The notes under the pieces were generated by a model. The model saw nothing but the letters and a program-made list of their open reading frames with translations. It had not been told where the DNA came from and did not search any database. From the NCBI GenBank assembly GCA_963792585.1, contig CAWBWI010000002.1, forward strand, positions 256,001 to 320,000: 64,000 nucleotides of DNA, given 5' to 3'. Position 1 is the first letter of the stretch. The number at the start of each line of letters is the position of its first letter. The position numbers and the translations under genes are program-made. This stretch comes from Candidatus Eiseniibacteriota bacterium (GTDB lineage Bacteria > Eisenbacteria > RBG-16-71-46 > CAIMUX01 > VGJL01). This document shows, in pieces, positions 19,654 to 30,586 of the stretch.

Positions 19654-21903
19654 ATGGTGCATCTTGCGGGCGATATCAAGCCCGAGTTCCTCGACGAACC
19701 CAGATCCCACGCAGTGCTTCGATCCCGCGCGCGCTCCACCGCTGCGGTTCAGCTATCCATGGAAGGAATCCACCGTCCACAGGGGGCTCCCCTCACGAAG
19801 CTCGAGCGAGGCGCGCGAATGCTCCTCGACCGGACGCGTCGGGCCTTCTCCGGCGACGGTTCCGATGTCCAGGGCCGCCTCGAGACGATTCGCGCTCTCG
19901 CGATCGCGCACCCCGATCACGACACCTACGTGGCCGCGTCCGCGTCGCTCGCGCTCCTCCAACTCGAGCGAGGGCACTGGGCCTCGGTCATCGACATCCT
20001 CGATTCAGCCCTCGGCGAAGGGCTACCCCCGACCGATGAAGCATTCAGCGTGTACGTTCAGTGTCTCGCGCGCTCCGAGGTCGGCCCCCCCTCGGCCGTG
20101 GTGACAGGCTGCGCTCGCGCCCTCAAGCTCCTTGCCTTTGCGGAGTTTCCTTCGCTTCGGGCACGGATCCGGCGGCTGGCGCTCGACGGGTACCGGCTGC
20201 AGGGGGATCGCCTGCGGGCTCGCAGGGTTCTGGACCGCATGCGGGATGCGGGGCCTGCGGAGGAGACCGAGGCTCTGCTTCGGATCGCCGAATGCGACCT
20301 CCTCCACTCCGGTGGGCGGCTGGAGGCCGCGGAGGCGGCCGCGCGGGACGCGTGGGCGATCTCGCGCCGTCCGGGGAATCCCGGCGCGCCACATGTCCCC
20401 GGGACGGCCGCGGTCATCCGACGCCTGGCGGCGATTCTCCTGGACCTGCAACGCCCCGACGAGGCCCGGCGCAAGGCGCTCGAAGCAATGGAAGGACTCG
20501 ATCCCGCCTGCCCGAGCGATCGGCGGGAGATCGCCCGGCTTCGCAGCATCATGGCGCGGATCGATCTGGAGGAGAACGATGAGTCGCGCGCGTGGGAGTC
20601 GCTTCGCATTGCCGAGCGCTTCTTTCGGCAGACGCACAGTCACCGCGATCGCGCCGACCTCCTGGTCTTCTGGGGTGAAACGGCCGCCGTCCGTCAAGTC
20701 GAGACGGCGCTCCGCCGGGAGGCGCGCGAAGGGCTCTTCGAAGCCCGGGCGATCTATCGTCGGCTCTGCGCCGAGGAGGGGATCCGGCGTTGTGATCTGG
20801 CCCTCGAATGTCTGCGCGCTCCGGTCGGAAACGGGGATCGTGCGACCGCTCGGCCCCCGCGCCCGCCACGCACGCGCCGTCTCACCCAACTCGGATTCCT
20901 CACGTGCGATCCGGCGGTTCTGCTCGCACTCGAACCACTGGAGGCGTTGGTCGGCACTTCGATCCCGATCCTCATCCACGGTGAGAGTGGAACCGGCAAG
21001 GAGGTTCTCTCCCGCGCGCTCCATCGCGCCGCGGGCGTGCGGGGACCGTTCGTTGCGGTCAACTGCGGGGCGCTCCCGAGTGAACTGCAGGAGAGCGAGC
21101 TCTTCGGACATGTGCGCGGCGCCTTCACCGGAGCGGTCGCCGACAAGGTCGGCCTCTTTGAGGCGGCGGATGGGGGGACTCTCCTCCTCGACGAGGTTGG
21201 GGAGATGACCCCGCGCGCACAGGTGAAGCTCCTTCGAATCCTGGAGCTGGGGGAGGTCCGCCGCGTCGGCGAGACGCGCACACGCAGGGTCCACGTGCGG
21301 GTGATCGCCGCCACGAACGCGGATCTGGCCGAGCAACTGAGGACCGGCGCCTTTCGCCGCGACCTGTTCTTTCGCCTGTGCGGGTTGAAGGTCGCGCTTC
21401 CGGCGCTCCGCGAGCGGCGCGGCGACGTGCCCCTGCTCGCGACCCACTTTGCACGACTCTTCGGCGGCGCCGAGGCCACGCCTTTGTCGATCGCGCCTGA
21501 GGCGCTCGACCGGTTGCTTGTCCACGACTGGCCGGGAAACGTTCGCGAGTTGCGGTTCACGATGGAGAGGGCGGTGGCTCTCTCGCGCGCGCTCGGGCGC
21601 GAGAGAATCGAGGCGGATTGCATCGACCCCGAAGGGCTTCCGGGAGACGCGCTCGAGCCCACGCCCGTCCCGATCACGGAGGATCTGGGGGCCGCAGGCG
21701 GGCTCGACGCCTATCTCATGAACACCGAGCGCCGGTTGATCCTGAAGGCGCTCGAGCAGAACGGCTGGAACCGGACGCACGCGGCCCGCAGCCTGGGTGG
21801 GATCAGCAGGACAACCCTGATCGGAAAGATGAAACGGCTCGGCCTCTTTCCCGAGAGCGGTGGAGAGCCGGCCGCGGGGGCTGAAGCCGTGCCGCTCGGC
21901 TGA
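19654..21903 (+). CDS. Sigma-54-dependent enhancer-binding protein with helical/TPR N-terminus
   Basis: GESGTGKE, ESELFGHVRGAFTGA, LLLDEVGE, FRRDLFFRL, WPGNVREL, Fis HTH; GGGAGG RBS. Confidence 0.93.
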   Translation: MVHLAGDIKPEFLDEPRSHAVLRSRARSTAAVQLSMEGIHRPQGAPLTKLERGARMLLDRTRRAFSGDGSDVQGRLETIRALAIAHPDHDTYVAASASLALLQLERGHWASVIDILDSALGEGLPPTDEAFSVYVQCLARSEVGPPSAVVTGCARALKLLAFAEFPSLRARIRRLALDGYRLQGDRLRARRVLDRMRDAGPAEETEALLRIAECDLLHSGGRLEAAEAAARDAWAISRRPGNPGAPHVPGTAAVIRRLAAILLDLQRPDEARRKALEAMEGLDPACPSDRREIARLRSIMARIDLEENDESRAWESLRIAERFFRQTHSHRDRADLLVFWGETAAVRQVETALRREAREGLFEARAIYRRLCAEEGIRRCDLALECLRAPVGNGDRATARPPRPPRTRRLTQLGFLTCDPAVLLALEPLEALVGTSIPILIHGESGTGKEVLSRALHRAAGVRGPFVAVNCGALPSELQESELFGHVRGAFTGAVADKVGLFEAADGGTLLLDEVGEMTPRAQVKLLRILELGEVRRVGETRTRRVHVRVIAATNADLAEQLRTGAFRRDLFFRLCGLKVALPALRERRGDVPLLATHFARLFGGAEATPLSIAPEALDRLLVHDWPGNVRELRFTMERAVALSRALGRERIEADCIDPEGLPGDALEPTPVPITEDLGAAGGLDAYLMNTERRLILKALEQNGWNRTHAARSLGGISRTTLIGKMKRLGLFPESGGEPAAGAEAVPLG

Positions 21904-21908
21904 GCGCC

Positions 21909-22505
21909 TCAGGCCGGACCACGGGTTCCCACCCATAGCCGCCCCCCGGCAACCGTCTCTTCATCCTCGATCCGGATGCCGGAGCGCTCGAGGGCTGCAC
22001 GGACGGAAGTGGGGGAGTGCAGGCGGAATACGACCCCGCGATTCATCCACCCGAAGAGCCGCGCCACGAGGTGGGAGGGCCTGCTGTCGATGCGCGTCCA
22101 CACGGCGACTTTGCCGCCATTGCGGACGATGCGTGCGATCTCGCCGATCGCGGGCTCGATGGACAGGAGATGACCTAAGACGCCGAAGCTGACTGCGACA
22201 TCCGCCCCACCGTCGCGCAGGGGAAGGCGCTCCGCGTCCGCGCAGACCAGGCGCGCACCGGGATACTGCCGCCGCGCGAGTGCGAGAAACTCGGGGGCAA
22301 GATCGCAACCGATCACTCCCAGCCCGGGTCTCCAGCGGCGGACGATCCGGAGGAATTCGCCGCTCCCGCATCCTATGTCCACGGTCTGCCCGGTCTCCGG
22401 GAGGCGGGAAGTCACGGATCGGATCATTCGACGGTAGCCCGCCGCGGCGAGGAGGGTTGCCCAGAGGTCGTAGAGGCGCGCATTCCTGCGCCCCCAGAGG
22501 CGCAT
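21909..22505 (-). CDS. Class I SAM-dependent methyltransferase
   Basis: VDIGCGSG, GCDLAPEFL, ADAERLPLRDG, EIARIVRNGG. Start 22505 preferred; alternative ATG at 22556. Confidence 0.85.
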   Translation of the reverse strand: MRLWGRRNARLYDLWATLLAAAGYRRMIRSVTSRLPETGQTVDIGCGSGEFLRIVRRWRPGLGVIGCDLAPEFLALARRQYPGARLVCADAERLPLRDGGADVAVSFGVLGHLLSIEPAIGEIARIVRNGGKVAVWTRIDSRPSHLVARLFGWMNRGVVFRLHSPTSVRAALERSGIRIEDEETVAGGRLWVGTRGPA

Positions 22506-22548
22506 TCCCCGCCTCTGCCGCGAAACGGCTTCTTCGTCTTTTTTTGAC

Positions 22549-22578
22549 TTGCGCATGCCCCCTCGCGGTTCCTATTTT
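22549..22578 (+). promoter_or_regulatory. Putative sigma-70 promoter for the intergenic element
   Basis: TTGCGC-18 nt-TATTTT preceded by a T tract (22539-22545) in otherwise GC-rich DNA. Confidence 0.45.
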
Positions 22579-22584
22579 GTGCGT

Positions 22585-22787
22585 ACACGAGAAAGGAGGT
22601 GGTCCATTGATGAGATCTTTGACCTGTGAGGTGCCTGAACGTTAGGCGGCTCGACCGCGGAAGTTCGTTGAAGTAGGCCGAGTCGCCTGCGGAATCCAAG
22701 CAGGTAACCGGAACCAGGGGCTCCCGGAATCGGTCTTCCGGGACGAGGATCCGAGAGGATCTGGAAGAGCCCCTGGTTCTCCTCTTG
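22585..22787 (+). ncRNA. Candidate structured small RNA / mini-ORF transcript with extended 16S complementarity
   Basis: AGAAAGGAGGTGGTCCA (22590-22606); perfect 13-bp stem 22711-22723/22767-22779 enclosing two hairpins, one with a GAGA tetraloop; further stems at 22644-22688; pyrimidine tail. Confidence 0.55.
22610..22645 (+). CDS. Putative 11-aa mini-ORF MRSLTCEVPER
   Basis: ATG directly after a maximal Shine-Dalgarno; in-frame TTG at 22607; TAG lies inside hairpin GCCTGA-ACG-TTAGGC. Confidence 0.45.
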   Translation: MRSLTCEVPER

Positions 22788-22806
22788 TCCCCGCACGCCC
22801 GGGCTA

Positions 22807-23556
22807 TCACCCCTGGTCGGGAATCTCCTGCAACCAGACCCGCAGGGCATCCGACATCTCCTCGTTCCAGATATGTGTTCCTTGGGTCTCCACGAACCGG
22901 ACGGGGAATCCAAGCCGCTCGACTTCATCTGCGGAACTGCGCGCCTGATCGAGGGGAATCACTTCATCGTCCCGGCCGTGCAGAAAGAGGAACGGGATGC
23001 GCGGGATCGACTCGGCCGCGCGATCCGCCCATCCGGGACGGGCGCGCCCGCCGGCAATCACGATTCCACGGAAACGCTCCGCATGTCGTAGCCCGAGGCT
23101 TCCCGCGAAGTAGGCGCCTTGTGAGAAACCAAGGAGCACCATGCGGGTGATGTCGAGATTCCAGGCCGAGGCGCGATCGGGCAGCATCCCCAAGATCCGC
23201 TGTTCGCTCGCACGCAGCGTCGCCCGGAACGTGGGCGTGTCGCCCTCATACACGTACCATGCGTATCCGATCGAGCGGAGGCCACCCACCCTACGTTCCA
23301 TAGGGTACGAGCCTTCGGGCACGAGCCACGCCCACGGCGCGTCGTAGAGGCTCCGGAACCACCGGGCGAACGGCTCGGGCCGCATCCCCATGCCGTGGAG
23401 CGCGAGGACGGTCGGATGCGGTCCCGCGCCCGAGGACGGGAGAACCGTCAGATCGAGCGGCTGGGTGACGAACGGCGTGCGGGCTACCCGGATGCGTTCG
23501 GCCGACAATCCGATTCGGTCGGCGAGACTCGCGCGTCCGGACGGATCTTCCGACAC
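22807..23556 (-). CDS. Alpha/beta hydrolase (phospholipase/carboxylesterase family)
   Basis: [15 protein letters not shown] nucleophile elbow, [15 protein letters not shown] start 8 nt after the mutase stop. Confidence 0.85.
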   Translation of the reverse strand: MSEDPSGRASLADRIGLSAERIRVARTPFVTQPLDLTVLPSSGAGPHPTVLALHGMGMRPEPFARWFRSLYDAPWAWLVPEGSYPMERRVGGLRSIGYAWYVYEGDTPTFRATLRASEQRILGMLPDRASAWNLDITRMVLLGFSQGAYFAGSLGLRHAERFRGIVIAGGRARPGWADRAAESIPRIPFLFLHGRDDEVIPLDQARSSADEVERLGFPVRFVETQGTHIWNEEMSDALRVWLQEIPDQG

Positions 23557-23564
23557 GGCGTTTC

Positions 23565-25226
<1,662 letters not shown>

Positions 25227-25371
25227 TCCATCCTCCACGGGGACTGTGGGATCCGAGCAGTGCGGCCTGACCATGTCCAATGACTTGAGATCATAGCAGA
25301 TTGCGGGCGGTTCAGACCTCCGCCTGGAGCATGCCCTGCGGCCGGGCGATGGACCACCCGGCGCCGTGAAT

Positions 25372-25839
25372 CTAGGACGAGAGCTTGAACTCGCCCCGAA
25401 GGGCCGCAAGGGCCTCCTCGGCCCGGACCTCCTCGATCATGCAGGTCACGGAGGACATCGAGGTCGAAATCACCTCGATGTTGATGCCATGGCTGGATAG
25501 GGCGCGGAACATCCGTCCCGCGATTCCCGGCTCGGTGGACAGGTGCTGGCCTACGATGCTGACGAGCGCGACCTTTGCGTTCACCGCCAGCGATCGGGCG
25601 CCGACCTCCTCGCGGATCATGTCGAGCGCGCGCACTGCCGCCTCCTGATCACTGCGCGAGACGGCGAGGCTGATATCGGCCCGACCTCCCGAGCCGCCGG
25701 TGGAGACCACGAGTTCGATGTTGAACCCCTGGCTGCCCAGCGAGCCGAACACTTCGGCGGCGATTCCGGGGCGGTCGGGCACCCCCTCGAGTGTCAGCTT
25801 GGTGATTTCCCGGTTCGCTACGGCGTGCAGCTCGTCCAT
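25372..25839 (-). CDS. Stand-alone tandem ACT-domain protein (aspartokinase beta-subunit-like)
   Basis: [16 protein letters not shown]...NIELV and VSIVG...[24 protein letters not shown]; own GGAGG RBS; no kinase domain upstream. Confidence 0.85.
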   Translation of the reverse strand: MDELHAVANREITKLTLEGVPDRPGIAAEVFGSLGSQGFNIELVVSTGGSGGRADISLAVSRSDQEAAVRALDMIREEVGARSLAVNAKVALVSIVGQHLSTEPGIAGRMFRALSSHGINIEVISTSMSSVTCMIEEVRAEEALAALRGEFKLSS

Positions 25840-25903
25840 CGGCACCTCCCTTCCCGGAATTCCCCGGGACCTGCGTGAGGTTCGCGCCGCCGGACCGCGA
25901 AGG

Positions 25904-26461
25904 TCAACCGGAATCGCGCGAGCGCGGAATCCAGAGCACGTCCGGCAGGCCCGCCTCTCGATTGGCCCAGCGCGCCAGGACGAACAGGAAGTCGGACAGC
26001 CGGTTCAGGTAGCGGAGGACGGCCGTGTCCATCGGCTCGGAGCGAAGCAGCCGAACGACCGATCGTTCGGCGCGCCGACAGACGCATCGTGCCAGGTGGG
26101 CCGCGCAGGCGGCCTCGGAGCCGCCGGGAAGGATGAAGTTCTCGAGAGGGGGGAGTCCCGCTTCCAGTAGATCGATGCCCGCCTCGAGGGATGCGACGTC
26201 GGCGTCACCGAGGGGCTTCGGGGTAGGGCCTACCTCTGCGGGGCGCGCCAACTCCGCGCCCGCTTCGAATAGGAGGCTCTGGATCGACTCGAGCATCGAT
26301 CCGACGCTCGGGTCCTGGATGAGGCGCCGAAGGCTGCCGATCCAGGCATTGACTTCGTCGATTTCGCCGTACGCCGAGACCCGGACATGGTCCTTGGAAA
26401 CGCGAAGGGGGCCGAGGAGCCCTGTTTCGCCCCCGTCCCCCGTTCGCGTGTAGATCTTCAT
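25904..26461 (-). CDS. pduO: PduO-type ATP:cob(I)alamin adenosyltransferase
   Basis: MKIYTRTGDGGET, AYGEIDEVN, FILPGG, ARCVCRRAER, YLNRLSDFLFVLAR. Confidence 0.95.
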   Translation of the reverse strand: MKIYTRTGDGGETGLLGPLRVSKDHVRVSAYGEIDEVNAWIGSLRRLIQDPSVGSMLESIQSLLFEAGAELARPAEVGPTPKPLGDADVASLEAGIDLLEAGLPPLENFILPGGSEAACAAHLARCVCRRAERSVVRLLRSEPMDTAVLRYLNRLSDFLFVLARWANREAGLPDVLWIPRSRDSG

Positions 26462-26479
26462 CCGCCGGCAGATCCTGGT

Positions 26480-29257
26480 CTAGCCGCTGCAACCGCTCGA
26501 CGTGCCGCAGTTATCGCAGAACTCGCAGCTCCCGCGGCGGTGCATGAGCGTTCCGCAGAGCGGACAAGGTGATGCATCGGTCTCCATCTGGTAGGCGACG
26601 CGCGGCGCGGACCGACCCGCGTCGGCCTCGGTCGCTATCCCCGGCGCTTCGGGCGACGGATTCGGCATGCCCGTGTCGCCGTTGATACGATCGTGGTGGA
26701 CGATCTCGTGGTCGGGCAGGAACTTCATCGCCAGCCAGCGGAAGATGTAGTCGGCGATCGACTTCGCGAAGCGGATCTCGGGATTGCCCGTGATCCCGGA
26801 CGGCTCGAAGCGTGTGTGGACGAACTTGTCGACCAGCACCTTCATGGGCACCCCGTACTGCAGCGCGATCGAAACCGACGTTGCGAAGCAGTCGACGAGC
26901 CCGGAAACGACGCTGCCTTCCTTGGCCATGACGACGAAGATCTCGCCCGGCTTGCCGTCTTCGTACAGGCCGACCGTCAGATACCCCTCATGACCGCCGA
27001 TCGAGAACTTGTGCGTGATGGAGGTCCGTTCGTCCGGCAATCGGCGACGCGTCGGACGGGCGGCGATCCGCGATGAGGCGTCGCTTCGATTCCCATCCCC
27101 CTCCATCGAGGTGCTCAGCGGCTGGGTCCGCTTGCACCCATCGCGGTAGATCGCAATCGCCTTCAGCCCCAGCTTCCACGCCTCGGTGTAGACCTGCTCG
27201 ATCTCCTCGACCGTCGCTTCGTTGGGCATGTTGACCGTCTTGCTGATCGCGCCGGAGAGGAACGGCTGTGCGGCCGCCATCATCCGGACATGGCCCATGT
27301 AGTGAATGAACCGCTTGCCGTTTCTCGGCTTGAAGGCGCAGTCGAAGATCGAGAGATGGTCTTCGAGCAGATGGGGCGCCCCTTCGATCGTCTCGTGCTT
27401 CTCGATGTGCTCCAGGATCTCCTTGCGCTGCGTATTGCTGTAGCCGAGGTAGACGAGCGCCTCGGGGACGGAGTTGTTGACGATCTTGAGCACTCCGCCG
27501 CCCACCAGCCGCTTGTACTTGACCAGCGCGAGGTCGGGTTCGATGCCTGTCGTGTCGCAGTCCATCATGAAAGCGATCGTCCCCGTGGGGGCGAGCACCG
27601 TCACCTGGGCGTTGCGATATCCCCACCGCTCTCCGAACTCAAGCGCCTCGTCCCATACCCGCCGCGCGCCGTTCAAAAGAATCTCCGGCACCAGGGTCGG
27701 GTTGATCTTCGCGACATGGCTGCGGTGGCGGGCAATCGCGCCCAGCATCGGCTCACGGTTGACCGCAAACCCGCGGAAGGGGCCCATTACCGAGGAGATC
27801 TCCGCCGACATCCTGTACGCCTGACCGGTCATGAGCGCGGTGATCGCTCCCGCAACATGGCGGCCCGCCTCGCTGTCATAAGCCAGCCCCCTGGACATCA
27901 GGAAGGAGCCCAGGTTCGCATATCCCAGACCGAGGGGACGGAAGTCGTTGCTGTTTTGCATGATCCGTGGTGTGGGGTAGGACGCGCTGTCGACGATGAT
28001 CTCCTGCGCGAGGGTCATGATCTCGACAGCGTGGCAGAAGCCGTCCACGTCGAGATCCCCGCCCGGGGTGCGGAACCGCATCAGGTTCAAGCTCGAGAGG
28101 TTGCAGGCGGAGTCGTCGAGGAACATGTACTCGCTGCACGGGTTCGATGCGTTGATCCGCGCCGTGTTCGGGCACGTGTGCCATGTGTTGATCGTGGTGT
28201 CGAACTGAATTCCCGGATCGCCGCAGACGTGCGCGGCCTCGGCCATCTTGCGGAACACGTCGCGCGCCTTGTAGGTGTCCACAGGCTCGTTGCTCAGAAC
28301 GCCCTTCGTCTGCCAAGGTCCATCCGCCTCGACCGCACGCATGAAATCGTCGGTCACGCGGACGGAGTTGTTCGAGTTCTGGAAGAAGACGCTCGAGTAG
28401 GCGTTGCCCGTGAGCGATCCATCGTAGCCCGCGTCGATCAACGTCCAGGCCTTCTTCTCTTCCTCGGCCTTGCAGGTGACGTACTCGACGATGTCCGGAT
28501 GATCGACGTTCAGGATCACCATCTTTGCGGCGCGGCGGGTCTTGCCGCCGCTCTTGATGACGCCCGCGAAGGCATCATAGCCCCGCATGAAAGAGACGGG
28601 TCCCGAGGCCGTTCCGCCCCCGGAGAGCCGCTCCCGGCTCGATCGCAGGGGGGAGAAGTTCGTTCCGCTTCCAGAGCCCCACTTGAAGAGCATTCCCTCG
28701 GTCTTGGCGAGATCGAGGATCGATGCCATCGTGTCCTCGACGGAATTGATGAAGCACGCCGAGCATTGAGGCTTCTCCTCCACCCCGACATTGAACCAGA
28801 CGGGGCTGTTGAAGGAGGCCATCTGATAGAGCAGGAGGTGCTTCAGCTCGTCGTGGAATGCGCCGGCGTCTTCCTCGCTCGAGAAATACCCGAGCTCACG
28901 CCCCCACCTGGAAATTGTGTCGGCGACCCTGCCGATGACCTGACGAAGGCTCGATTCGCGTCCTGACTTGCCCACTGTGCCGTGGAAGTACTTCGAGGCG
29001 ACAACATTGGTGGCGATCATCGACCACGTCCGGGGGAACTCGACGCCGGGCTGCTCGAAGATCGCCTCGCCGCTTTCGTTCGTGATGACGGCGGTCCGCC
29101 TTTCCCAGCTCACGGTGTCGAACGGATCGACACCCGGCCGGGTCATCACGCGGCGGACTTTCAGTCCCTTCGCGCTCGCGTGCGTTCCGGATTCCTCGAG
29201 TGCCGGGGGAACCGCACTCCTACGCGTTCCTTCGTCGCCGATCTCCCTTGGCGTCAT
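26480..29257 (-). CDS. nrdJ: Class II (adenosylcobalamin-dependent) ribonucleotide reductase with C-terminal TSCPD/zinc-ribbon region
   Basis: FNSPVWFN, QCSACFI, GGKTRRAAKM, ASNPCSEY, APTGTI, SGAISKTVNMP, YRDG; C-terminal CPLCG...CDNCG. Confidence 0.96.
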   Translation of the reverse strand: MTPREIGDEGTRRSAVPPALEESGTHASAKGLKVRRVMTRPGVDPFDTVSWERRTAVITNESGEAIFEQPGVEFPRTWSMIATNVVASKYFHGTVGKSGRESSLRQVIGRVADTISRWGRELGYFSSEEDAGAFHDELKHLLLYQMASFNSPVWFNVGVEEKPQCSACFINSVEDTMASILDLAKTEGMLFKWGSGSGTNFSPLRSSRERLSGGGTASGPVSFMRGYDAFAGVIKSGGKTRRAAKMVILNVDHPDIVEYVTCKAEEEKKAWTLIDAGYDGSLTGNAYSSVFFQNSNNSVRVTDDFMRAVEADGPWQTKGVLSNEPVDTYKARDVFRKMAEAAHVCGDPGIQFDTTINTWHTCPNTARINASNPCSEYMFLDDSACNLSSLNLMRFRTPGGDLDVDGFCHAVEIMTLAQEIIVDSASYPTPRIMQNSNDFRPLGLGYANLGSFLMSRGLAYDSEAGRHVAGAITALMTGQAYRMSAEISSVMGPFRGFAVNREPMLGAIARHRSHVAKINPTLVPEILLNGARRVWDEALEFGERWGYRNAQVTVLAPTGTIAFMMDCDTTGIEPDLALVKYKRLVGGGVLKIVNNSVPEALVYLGYSNTQRKEILEHIEKHETIEGAPHLLEDHLSIFDCAFKPRNGKRFIHYMGHVRMMAAAQPFLSGAISKTVNMPNEATVEEIEQVYTEAWKLGLKAIAIYRDGCKRTQPLSTSMEGDGNRSDASSRIAARPTRRRLPDERTSITHKFSIGGHEGYLTVGLYEDGKPGEIFVVMAKEGSVVSGLVDCFATSVSIALQYGVPMKVLVDKFVHTRFEPSGITGNPEIRFAKSIADYIFRWLAMKFLPDHEIVHHDRINGDTGMPNPSPEAPGIATEADAGRSAPRVAYQMETDASPCPLCGTLMHRRGSCEFCDNCGTSSGCSG

Positions 29258-29399
29258 GCCCGAACCTCCTGTTGCGCCACTCTGATCGTCCCTTGTATTT
29301 CTCGGAATGCCCTATGGCTGTCCCGCGTTCTTTCCAGCGCTTGTGACGGTAATCACGCCCCGTACCTGAGGGGCAATGCGGGACGGTAGGACGCAAGAA

Positions 29400-29424
29400 G
29401 GGGGGACGCAAGCAAAATCCCCCC
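29400..29424 (-). terminator. Possible terminator after the LysR gene
   Basis: GGGGGGA / TCCCCCC 7-bp stem followed by TTCTT on the minus strand. Confidence 0.4.
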
Positions 29425-29468
29425 TCCATCGACTAACAGTTTCTGACGTAGTCGGTTTTGTCGGATCG

Positions 29469-30374
29469 CTACTCCAGGACCTCGGACATGCTCGGCTGAC
29501 CCTCGAGCAAGACTTCGATGAATTTCTCCATGACCTGCGTCTTCTCCTTGCCCTTCTTGCTGATCGCGCCGAGGGGGCGCTTGAGGTCGCCGCCGGTCAG
29601 CTCAACCACCGCTAGGGTGCCGGCTTCCACCTCGCCACGTATGGTGTTCAGCGGAACGATGCTGATTCCCGCGCCGATCTCCACCGCGCGCTTGATCGTC
29701 TCAATGTTGTCGAACTCCATGACGATCTCGACGGGGACGCCGCGCTGCCGGAGAATCCTGTCGATCGCCCTGCGGGTCGGAACGTCACGCTCAAAAGCGA
29801 CGAAACGGCTGCGCGCGAGCTTCGCAAGCTCCAGTTTCCGGGACTTGGCGAGGGGATGATCGGGCTCGGTGATGAGAACGAGCTGGTCCTCTCGGAATAG
29901 CGTGACCTCGATCCCGGACCGGCGTACCGGGTAGGCGACGATCCCGATGTCGACCGTACCGCTGACCAAGTCATCGTAGATCTTGTTCGCGCGGCTGTAC
30001 TCGACGTGGATATTCGCGGAGGGGTAGCGGCGGAGGAACTCCTTCATGTATGGCGGAAGCTCGTGGAGACCGACGCTGTAGATTGTGGCCACCCGGAGGG
30101 AGCCCGCGATCGTTTTGCTTAGGACCTGGATCCGGTTCTCCATAAGCCGATAGCGATCCAAGATCTCCTTCGCGCCCTCATACAGGATTCTCCCGGCCTG
30201 CGTCGGAGCGAGATTGCGCTTCCCCCGCTCGATCAGTTTTCGGTCATACTTTTCTTCCAAGCCGCGGATCTGCTGGCTTACGGCCGATTGACTGATGTAG
30301 TTGAGCATTGCGGCCTTCGAGAAGCTCTGGGTCTCGATGACGTCGCAGAAGATCTTGAGTGTTTCAACTTGCAT
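29469..30374 (-). CDS. LysR-family transcriptional regulator
   Basis: SFSKAAMLNYISQSAVSQQIRGLE HTH; DNIETIKRAVEIGAGISIVP. Confidence 0.95.
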   Translation of the reverse strand: MQVETLKIFCDVIETQSFSKAAMLNYISQSAVSQQIRGLEEKYDRKLIERGKRNLAPTQAGRILYEGAKEILDRYRLMENRIQVLSKTIAGSLRVATIYSVGLHELPPYMKEFLRRYPSANIHVEYSRANKIYDDLVSGTVDIGIVAYPVRRSGIEVTLFREDQLVLITEPDHPLAKSRKLELAKLARSRFVAFERDVPTRRAIDRILRQRGVPVEIVMEFDNIETIKRAVEIGAGISIVPLNTIRGEVEAGTLAVVELTGGDLKRPLGAISKKGKEKTQVMEKFIEVLLEGQPSMSEVLE

Positions 30375-30444
30375 CCCAACTCCCTTTCCGCCGGCCCGGC
30401 GATTAGGGGTCCTAATCCGCCGCCCACGAATGCACCTAATGGAC

Positions 30445-30472
30445 TGATATCATAAGCAGACTTGAGTTATCA
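30445..30472. promoter_or_regulatory. AT-rich imperfect inverted repeat, possible LysR binding site
   Basis: TGATA...TATCA flanking ATAAGCAGACTTGA in the divergent lysR/mtaB spacer. Confidence 0.35.
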
Positions 30473-30586
30473 ATAAGAATCCATCTTCCTTGAATGGATA
30501 CAAACGCGCGGGCTTATTGACGCTCCAGGTCCGCGGTCCCTAGGATGACCGGACCCAAGCCGCCGGACGATGGATGGAGCCAAGCA

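Noticed and set aside
22590..22606. Remnant of a 16S rRNA gene on the minus strand
   Set aside because: Similarity stops after 17 nt; the adjacent conserved 16S sequence (complement of GTAACC/GCGGCTG) is absent.
25227..25371. Cobalamin riboswitch before the mutase (or before nrdJ/pduO)
   Set aside because: No GGGAA...GCCACTG or B12-box consensus visible.
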